Shown: piece by piece, positions 57,318-64,000 of the stretch
Numbering within the stretch: the stretch's first letter is position 1
How the letters are laid out: every line of letters starts with the position of its first letter
Origin: a virus
Direction: 5' to 3' (one strand)
UHGV virus genome: UHGV-1374671
DNA length: 64,000 nucleotides
Program-made: the position numbers and the translations under genes
Notes under the pieces: model-generated
Databases searched by the model: none
What the model was told of the DNA's origin: nothing
What the model saw: only the letters and a program-made list of their open reading frames with translations

Positions 57318-57808
57318 GCTGTCCGTGGCTTTCCCATTACCTGACTCTGGTCAGGAACAAAGGTCAGTGCAAACGTCCACGAGGGTGTTACTACAACAGG
57401 CTTCAGGGCTACTGTCCTGACAGATGCACTCTGGGACTATGCACTGACTACGATGGCATCATGTGGAACGGGGAGCTGTTCGTAGCCCTCGAATCGCAGT
57501 CCGTGTATCACAATGCCGACGGCACTTACCGATTGATCCAACCTTATGCCAGTGAACGCAAGGCATTGCGTACGCTGTCCTGGAGGCTCCTCCCAGGAGA
57601 GGATGCCTTCAAGGACACCTTTGAGCTGCTGCAGTTCATTGCCCGCAAAAGCGGGTGCAACCTGTATACCCGTCATGGCGCGGTCATGTACGCCGACTGG
57701 CAGAACAGACACAGCAAGCTGGAAATCGGCAAGTGGTACCGCTGTTTCAACTACATGTTCGAGGAGCGCAGTGACGCTCCCAACTATCCAACCTCAAGGA
57801 GAATATGA
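57314..57808 (+). CDS. hypothetical Cys-rich protein
   Basis: 164 aa ORF, ATGA overlap. Confidence 0.4.
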   Translation: MSCPWLSHYLTLVRNKGQCKRPRGCYYNRLQGYCPDRCTLGLCTDYDGIMWNGELFVALESQSVYHNADGTYRLIQPYASERKALRTLSWRLLPGEDAFKDTFELLQFIARKSGCNLYTRHGAVMYADWQNRHSKLEIGKWYRCFNYMFEERSDAPNYPTSRRI

Positions 57809-58449
57809 TGAGTGAATTCATTACCGGGCAAACCGTGTTTGTGCCAGACGACACTGGCGGGTCCATCAAACAGGGAACGTTGCTCGCAATCAGAGGCGAG
57901 GTGGCGCTCGTTGCCTATCCTCAGGAGAGCAAGCCAGTATGGGTCTCCACTGACCAGCTTCGCAATCAGGTTCCTGTTACAGTTTCACAGGAGGAAACCG
58001 AACAGGAAACTGAGCAGGAAACAGATGCGAATGGTCTCGATGTCGAACGGCTTTCGTTCATGGTGATGTACGACGGGCAACCGGATCAGGTGTTGATAGT
58101 TGATCATGACGGGTTCAAATTGAAGGAACATGGCTGGGTGTATGCCGAGGATCCGAAGCTGGCTCCGTATGTTCAGCCTGCTTTAGAGTCTCCTGCATCG
58201 GAGCCCGACAGCGGCAGCTATCTTGACGGCACCGACTACCTCGGCCTTATGGCAGTGTCCAAAGACAACATGAACTATGCCTGGATCATCACCGGTGCGT
58301 CATTTATGTCCGTCAATAAGAAGCGCAAGCAGTGGTACTTCTCGTTCGGCAGCCGGAAGGCAGTGTCGTTGCAGCTCTTGCTGAAGGACTTCAACTTGTA
58401 TCGCAGAAACGCGGACGGGTACTGGGTACTTGTTCATGTAAATCCTTAA
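57805..58449 (+). CDS. hypothetical protein
   Basis: 214 aa ORF. Confidence 0.4.
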   Translation: MMSEFITGQTVFVPDDTGGSIKQGTLLAIRGEVALVAYPQESKPVWVSTDQLRNQVPVTVSQEETEQETEQETDANGLDVERLSFMVMYDGQPDQVLIVDHDGFKLKEHGWVYAEDPKLAPYVQPALESPASEPDSGSYLDGTDYLGLMAVSKDNMNYAWIITGASFMSVNKKRKQWYFSFGSRKAVSLQLLLKDFNLYRRNADGYWVLVHVNP

Positions 58450-58530
58450 TCTTAAATGGATTACGTGGCAAAATACAGTAGAATATAAAAATAAACTCGT
58501 AGATTTTCTACGGGTGTTCAGGAGGACAGA

Positions 58531-58740
58531 ATGGAAAACAACCGTTCACGCAACTTGGAAGAGAAAGCCAAGTACGCTCATCTTGTCGGCCAGGCGGTGA
58601 GACCGTCAAGCGACCCCACAGCCGACTGGCTGGTCGTCACTGCATGCACCGACGTCGGTATCACGTTGATCACAGATGCCGTGATTCCGTGGAACGAGCT
58701 CAACAAATGGTCAACATTGAAAGGGCCCATTCATGGATGA
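58531..58740 (+). CDS. small hypothetical protein
   Basis: 69 aa; GGAGG RBS. Confidence 0.3.
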   Translation: MENNRSRNLEEKAKYAHLVGQAVRPSSDPTADWLVVTACTDVGITLITDAVIPWNELNKWSTLKGPIHG

Positions 58741-59239
58741 CGAGTTTGGAACCTGCAGTGTCTGCGGCCAGTGCAAGGACACTGCCGACGGCTGCTACGA
58801 CTGGTTCATGTTCGAGGAGCTGACTGAAGATCGGTATCCAGCCGTTCGTGTCGGTGACGAGGATCGTGGAGACTTCTGCAAAGGGCAGTGCCCGGAATGC
58901 GGAGCAAAAGAAGGCTACGTTCATCACCATGAATGTCGCAACGAGGTGTGCCCGTACTGCGGTGAATTGCTTAATGTCGGCAATCACCAGCACACACAGG
59001 TGACCGCTGAGTTCCGTCATCGCAGCGGTCTTCCGCTTCCGTTGACGAGCCCGGTCAGGTGCTGTCTGAACTGCAAGTACGCCAGGAACATCGTAGCCTA
59101 CATCTGGGACCAGGGACGCTGGGCCTGCTATCTGGATCAGTCCAGGAACCTGGAGCCTGCGGAGCTGATCGAACAGAACAGGCTTCGCGGAGACGGCTTG
59201 TTTGTCTGCTCTCATTGGGATCCGAAACCCATTGATTGA
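58733..59239 (+). CDS. Cys-rich hypothetical protein (multiple CxxC)
   Basis: 168 aa; CSVCGQC, CPECG, CPYCG, CLNC. Confidence 0.4.
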   Translation: MDDEFGTCSVCGQCKDTADGCYDWFMFEELTEDRYPAVRVGDEDRGDFCKGQCPECGAKEGYVHHHECRNEVCPYCGELLNVGNHQHTQVTAEFRHRSGLPLPLTSPVRCCLNCKYARNIVAYIWDQGRWACYLDQSRNLEPAELIEQNRLRGDGLFVCSHWDPKPID

Positions 59240-59366
59240 GCTTATCCGATAATCACGCAACCCACGCCGGCGTAGGAGGACCGGCGTGACCAGTATCCGA
59301 ATGTGTACAGGGACAGCGATGAGATATCCTGTCCGACCCAATCCAATAACATCATAGGAAAAGTAA

Positions 59367-60020
59367 ATGGCTGAAGAATTCAAGTCCGAACTCGAAGCTG
59401 GCATTGCCCAGTTCAATCTTCTGTACAAGAAATCCACAGAGACCCGCAAGAAGGCCTGTGAGATCTACGCCACGCTCTCAAATGGTGATCCGGTTGCTGA
59501 TGCCGCGTTTCGTGCTCAGCATCCGGAATGGACGACCACTCAGTGGCGCATTCTGTTTCTGGTCGGCACCGGTGTGCTGTACGAGGAGTATTTGAATCTG
59601 CATGTGTTCTCGGTGTCGCTGTATATCAGCAAGCTGCCGATCGATCAGCAGAAGAAATACTACCACGAGGGAGTTCCCTGTCTGCTTCCCGCCGGCTCCG
59701 TGCGCAATATCAAGATCGGCAACGTGCACGGTGAGATGATCCGTCAGCTCTTTTGCGATGACGGTCATTTGCGCACTGTCAAGGAGCAGGAGGCGTATCT
59801 CAACGAGCTGGAGGAGCACAAGAAGGCCGCCATCAAGAACGACGTCAACTGGACGGTGTACAACGGCGGCATCCTGGTGCGCCGCGCCAACATCAAGCTC
59901 ACTCCTGATGATCTCAGGGAAGCGCTGATGCGCCGGCGCAAGAAGCCGTTGCTGTCTCCTGCCGTGCTGCGCGAGATTGCGGACTTCTGGGAAGAACGCG
60001 AAAGAAAGGCCAATCGGTAA
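59367..60020 (+). CDS. hypothetical protein
   Basis: 217 aa ORF. Confidence 0.4.
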   Translation: MAEEFKSELEAGIAQFNLLYKKSTETRKKACEIYATLSNGDPVADAAFRAQHPEWTTTQWRILFLVGTGVLYEEYLNLHVFSVSLYISKLPIDQQKKYYHEGVPCLLPAGSVRNIKIGNVHGEMIRQLFCDDGHLRTVKEQEAYLNELEEHKKAAIKNDVNWTVYNGGILVRRANIKLTPDDLREALMRRRKKPLLSPAVLREIADFWEERERKANR

Positions 60021-60029
60021 GGGCATGCT

Positions 60030-60308
60030 ATGAACAATGATGCTGTGTGGTTGCAGCAGAATTGGTCCAGCATGCCTCTGGCGTTACAGGCAAAGGCGAG
60101 AGCGCTCCAACGAACGGAGGAGCGCTTTTCTCCTGAAGCCTGGTACGCCCTGATGCAGGAGGGTAGGAAGGAATTCAACCTCCCTCCGATCCATCCCTGG
60201 TCCAACTTCTGCATTCTGATGATGAAGTCCCTGTCGTCCGGTCAGGAAAAGCAGGTGGCCCCTGCCGCACTGCTCGACTCGTTAGGAGGCGACAATGGCG
60301 CATCATAA
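60030..60308 (+). CDS. hypothetical protein
   Basis: 92 aa ORF. Confidence 0.3.
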   Translation: MNNDAVWLQQNWSSMPLALQAKARALQRTEERFSPEAWYALMQEGRKEFNLPPIHPWSNFCILMMKSLSSGQEKQVAPAALLDSLGGDNGAS

Positions 60309-60900
60309 ATCACCAATCAGGATGCTCTCCACGTGGGAGCCTCCTGACTACATCCAGGAGGAAGTCTGGTACTACCTGGAGGTGGAAGGCGTCCAGCTGT
60401 GTTACCGGTACATGGTGTCCGACCACGGTCGGGTGTACAATCCTCAAACTGAGAGACTGGTCAGGGCTGAAGGTCTTGCCTGGGGCGTGGAGATGTACCG
60501 GCTGCGCGCTGTGAACGTGGACACTTACGGGTCCGTAGTCACTATCAGCCAGGGACCGCTCCGCAGGATGCTGCGAACTCAGAAGCCCAAGCCGTTCGAC
60601 ACGGTGGTGTACCCGTATCGACCAAACAAGCCTCGCATGGCTCAGTCCCGTACTCAGGTGCAGGAACCGCAGGTAGAGGTAAAACCTAAACCTGAGGTGT
60701 TGAAGGAACGCACCGAACAACTGGCTGCAAAGGTCGCTTTTCCGGATCCTCATTCACAGGACCTTCCGTGGATGAAAATCACCCCGGAGGAACTTACCGT
60801 GGTGCGGATGATGCTGGCCTCGCTTGAAGATCATGAAGCTGTGCACGTCGTTCAGGCAGCCAGACAGGGGCTGAAGCGATTACTGGAGGAAAATCCATGA
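60295..60900 (+). CDS. hypothetical protein
   Basis: 201 aa ORF. Confidence 0.4.
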   Translation: MAHHKSPIRMLSTWEPPDYIQEEVWYYLEVEGVQLCYRYMVSDHGRVYNPQTERLVRAEGLAWGVEMYRLRAVNVDTYGSVVTISQGPLRRMLRTQKPKPFDTVVYPYRPNKPRMAQSRTQVQEPQVEVKPKPEVLKERTEQLAAKVAFPDPHSQDLPWMKITPEELTVVRMMLASLEDHEAVHVVQAARQGLKRLLEENP

Positions 60901-61427
60901 CAGGACAGAATAAACTCAGACTGGTGATGACGTTGGCGTGTCCCAGGCAGTGCGCCGGGTGTTGTAACAAGCAATGGGACTGGAACCAGGTGCCGACGTT
61001 CGACGGCGACTACTCCAAGTTCGACATGGTTATGTTCACGGGTGGAGAACCCATGCTTATACAGGACAGGATCATGGAGGAAGCATTGAAGGCCCGTAAG
61101 CAGAATCCCGACATCCGGCTCGTTCTTTATACGGCCAAGCTGGATGATCCTGTTGCCATTCGTGATGTGATGAACGTCATGGACGGGCTCACTGTCACGC
61201 TGCACGACCCGCAGGACGTGCCGTTGTTCCGTGAACTGGACGCATATCTCAGCCACAATTTGAATTACGTCTTGGAGAAATATCTGAGATGTAACGTATT
61301 CAAGGAGGCCGGCAAGATTGAGTCCAGCTCGTTGTGGCATCTCAAGACTGACATGGAGTGGATCCCTGATTGTCCGCTGCCTGCCGGCGAGGCGTTGATG
61401 AAACACGAGAAATTCTACTCGAAGTAG
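60897..61427 (+). CDS. radical SAM enzyme, NrdG/QueE-like small activase
   Basis: CPRQCAGCCNK (C-x3-C-x2-C) and FTGGEP SAM-binding motif; 176 aa. Confidence 0.6.
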   Translation: MTGQNKLRLVMTLACPRQCAGCCNKQWDWNQVPTFDGDYSKFDMVMFTGGEPMLIQDRIMEEALKARKQNPDIRLVLYTAKLDDPVAIRDVMNVMDGLTVTLHDPQDVPLFRELDAYLSHNLNYVLEKYLRCNVFKEAGKIESSSLWHLKTDMEWIPDCPLPAGEALMKHEKFYSK

Positions 61428-61444
61428 AAAACAGGAGGACACAC

Positions 61445-61669
61445 ATGACTTGGGTATGGTGGTATCTGGGCGTCGGCCTGTCACTTGGACTGCTTCGTGG
61501 GATTCTGCACAGGAGCTTCTGGGCAGTTCCCCTGGTCATGGTGTTCTGGCTCCCGTTTGTGCTGGCCGTCATGGGGCTGGCCCTGTTGTTTCTTCTGGCT
61601 GACTCGTTTCAGGCTGAGGAAACTTACAAAGACATCGAAGAAGGAGATTACGATGGACGAGATCAATAG
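61445..61669 (+). CDS. small membrane protein (2 TM)
   Basis: AGGAGG RBS; hydrophobic core then acidic tail; palindrome TTCTAC-tcga-GTAGAA immediately upstream. Confidence 0.35.
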   Translation: MTWVWWYLGVGLSLGLLRGILHRSFWAVPLVMVFWLPFVLAVMGLALLFLLADSFQAEETYKDIEEGDYDGRDQ

Positions 61670-62030
61670 TCAGATCCCCAGCGGGGAGTTCTGTGAGAAG
61701 CTCATCAAAGGAGACGACTTTCAGGATTCAGCTCTGATCTGGATTAAGGATCCGAAAGGAAATCATTACCAGGCGCGTCTGAGAGAGTCGGTGCACAAGC
61801 GCACGTTGGAGGTCTTTCAGGCGTTTCCTGCGCCGTTACCGTTCGAGATCATGGACGCATTGCACAAGCTGGGCTGTGCGATCAGGATCGAACAGAACGA
61901 GAGCTTATCAGCGTACCGCATCGAGGCTGAGAGAGGGGACCGCGTGTTCACCGCATACACACAGCGAGGAGCTGAAGGGCTTCTCGAAGTGTGGAGCGAT
62001 GTTAAGCAGGCCATCACCGAAGTCCAGTGA
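61653..62030 (+). CDS. hypothetical protein
   Basis: AAGGAG RBS then ATG 61653. Confidence 0.4.
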   Translation: MDEINSQIPSGEFCEKLIKGDDFQDSALIWIKDPKGNHYQARLRESVHKRTLEVFQAFPAPLPFEIMDALHKLGCAIRIEQNESLSAYRIEAERGDRVFTAYTQRGAEGLLEVWSDVKQAITEVQ

Positions 62031-62090
62031 GCATACCGTATGCAAGGACCCTGTCGCAAGGCAGGGTCTTTTTGCGTCTTCAAAACAACA

Positions 62091-62300
62091 ATGGAGGTGC
62101 TCGTGCACAAGATGACAAAAACCAAAATGGTTGTTGAGCTCGCGTTCAGCAACGAAGACTGGAATAAGATGGTCCAGAAAGAATCCGACAGCGAAACGAC
62201 AGCGCTGCTCAAACTGGGATCCAAGATAGAGTGGCTGCTGGAAGATGCCGCTATTGCCGAAGACGTCACGGTCAGCATGCCGTATGTCGATCACGAATAA
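62091..62300 (+). CDS. small hypothetical protein
   Basis: start uncertain. Confidence 0.25.
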   Translation: MEVLVHKMTKTKMVVELAFSNEDWNKMVQKESDSETTALLKLGSKIEWLLEDAAIAEDVTVSMPYVDHE

Positions 62301-62329
62301 TCCAACCAATCAAAACAAAGGAAATCAAA

Positions 62330-62809
62330 ATGAACAGAGAACAGCGCAAGTATTTCTTCAATCGTCTTGAGAGCACCTATATGAAGGCTGTCAATGAGAT
62401 CAACAAAAAGGCCAACGAGGCGATCGAGAAGCTGGAAGGACCGAACATCAGAATCGCCCGCCTCATGCTGGATCCCGACATTCAGCGTAGGATGATCCAG
62501 TGCATGGCCGAGTTCTTCTCCAATAAGGATCACCAGCAGGATCCCATTCGTATGGGCGTGAATCTGGATCGCTATTACAGGGGCCTGGATTTCATGCTTT
62601 ACATTCCGGAGATCCGGGAGGCGTTCGAGGATCACCAAAAGGAAATGGACAGCATCAACGCCAGGCGCAACTCGATGTCAGAGCAGCTGCATCGTGAACA
62701 GCAGCGGATCAAGGACAACGTTATGTTCGGTGAAGATGCGAAAGAACTTCTGAACGCAATCCAGTCATTTTCAAAGCTGGCCACGGAGTTGGTAGGTCGT
62801 TTCGAGTAA
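62330..62809 (+). CDS. hypothetical protein
   Basis: RBS context AAAGGAAATCAAAATG, identical to that of dut. Confidence 0.4.
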   Translation: MNREQRKYFFNRLESTYMKAVNEINKKANEAIEKLEGPNIRIARLMLDPDIQRRMIQCMAEFFSNKDHQQDPIRMGVNLDRYYRGLDFMLYIPEIREAFEDHQKEMDSINARRNSMSEQLHREQQRIKDNVMFGEDAKELLNAIQSFSKLATELVGRFE

Positions 62810-62884
62810 ACAACTTCATGAAGCAGGGCGGCGCGCAATGCTGCTCTGTTTTCAGAAAACAACAATCAACATGGAGGAAACAAA

Positions 62885-63577
62885 ATGATCCAATTGTCGA
62901 AAGAACTGATGCACAGCTTTGTCTCCGCAGCCGTGCAACCCATGAAGCCGTATTACCAGCTCACACCCGGAAAGCACTACCACACGCTTCAGCACATCCA
63001 GAACATGCTGGAGTTTTGTCTGGAGCATGCCGACACCCTGGGAAAGTTGTACCCCGTGCTTACCGCTGCGGACGGCTTCAAGCAGCTCATCACCGCCATC
63101 CTGTGGCATGATGCGGATTACAGACCAGGAGATCAGGGCAACGAGATTCGGGCTGCCGCCTTGTACATGGAGCACAACGGCAAGGACGCCGACATTGTAG
63201 TCGGCAAGGCTGTTCTCAGTACCATGATCGGCAACAGCACTTTCAACAACGCCGTGGAGCTGGTGCTGCACGATCTTGACTACAGCAACTTCCTGGACGA
63301 GATCAAAATGGCGGAAGCCGAGGAGCAGCTGTATCAGGAATATCTGGATACGGTTCATCCGGACGGATCTGATCCGACTCTGGAAGATCGCAGGGACTTC
63401 CTGAAACGTCAGCGTGCATTTTACCACACCATGTGCGGGCCCTGCATATTTGTGTCCTTGTTTGCGGAGCACGATGAGCAGGCCCAGGTCAACGTAGCCA
63501 AGCGCATTGACAGCCTGTCAGATGCTATTAAACTGTGCGAGGAAGCCATTGCCACGTGCAGCAATGGACCGTTCTGA
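62885..63577 (+). CDS. hypothetical protein, possible HD-domain phosphohydrolase
   Basis: HYHTLQH ... WHDADY (H..H...HD..D spacing); weak. Confidence 0.3.
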   Translation: MIQLSKELMHSFVSAAVQPMKPYYQLTPGKHYHTLQHIQNMLEFCLEHADTLGKLYPVLTAADGFKQLITAILWHDADYRPGDQGNEIRAAALYMEHNGKDADIVVGKAVLSTMIGNSTFNNAVELVLHDLDYSNFLDEIKMAEAEEQLYQEYLDTVHPDGSDPTLEDRRDFLKRQRAFYHTMCGPCIFVSLFAEHDEQAQVNVAKRIDSLSDAIKLCEEAIATCSNGPF

Positions 63578-63580
63578 CGA

Positions 63581-64000
63581 TGACAGCTAAAGCCAGAGAC
63601 AGGATGCTGTCCACCAAACGGCATCTCTACGTCACAGCCAGGGACGTGCGCGGCATACTGAGCGGAGAGCTGACAGCGCTCCTTCAGCCGTTGCGCGGCC
63701 CCAGGCTGATCCCTGGAGCAGTTCAAAGAGCTCCGGACAAAGACAAGAAGCGCTGGATGGCCTTTGCAGACGGCAGCGAGGTTTTGATTACTTCTGGCAA
63801 GGATCTGCAGTGGTACTCCCTGGTGGAACCTGTCATGCTGGACGCCGGAAACGGGAATCCCGTGTACGAGGCTGACTATCCGGCCGGAGGACTGCCCATA
63901 CAGCGGTTTGGAGGTGCCGCACGCAGAGTGGTAGCGCAGCCGGAAGCGTACGTCAGGTTGCAGGTGCAGCTTGCCGCTCCTCGTTATTTCCCAATCTCCG
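63581..64000 (+). CDS. hypothetical protein, 3' end truncated by window
   Basis: ORF open to the window end. Confidence 0.35.

Overview
This window reads as part of a large tailed dsDNA phage-like genome. Nearly all genes lie on the + strand in tightly packed, often start/stop-overlapping operons.

Layout:
- 21-11057: eleven co-oriented ORFs with no recognisable motifs, probably a virion/late module.
- 11058-12858: a 1.8 kb ORF-poor, highly structured non-coding region.
- 13251-15086 (minus strand): terminase large subunit.
- 15704-17286: a second 1.6 kb non-coding region full of palindromes and iteron-like repeats.
- 17287-33259: replication and recombination module. It holds SbcD/Mre11 and SbcC/Rad50 homologues, an SF2 DExH helicase interrupted by a group I intron, a DnaB-like helicase, a DnaG/gp61-like primase, and a family A DNA polymerase. 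The polymerase is split into three exons by an IStron-like element (group I ribozyme core plus IS605-type TnpB) and by a second small group-I-like intron. The module ends with an acidic-tailed putative SSB and a RecA-like ATPase.
- 38071-40981: a retron-type reverse transcriptase immediately followed by an NAD-dependent DNA ligase.
- 42178-45907: a JAB/MPN peptidase, ThiF/E1-like adenylyltransferase and ThiS-like ubiquitin-like module.
- Nucleotide metabolism genes: RNase H, ThyX, dUTPase, a radical-SAM NrdG/QueE-like protein and a thioredoxin-like protein.

No rRNA, tRNA or CRISPR array could be supported. Non-ORF coordinates are approximate (about +/-3 nt).
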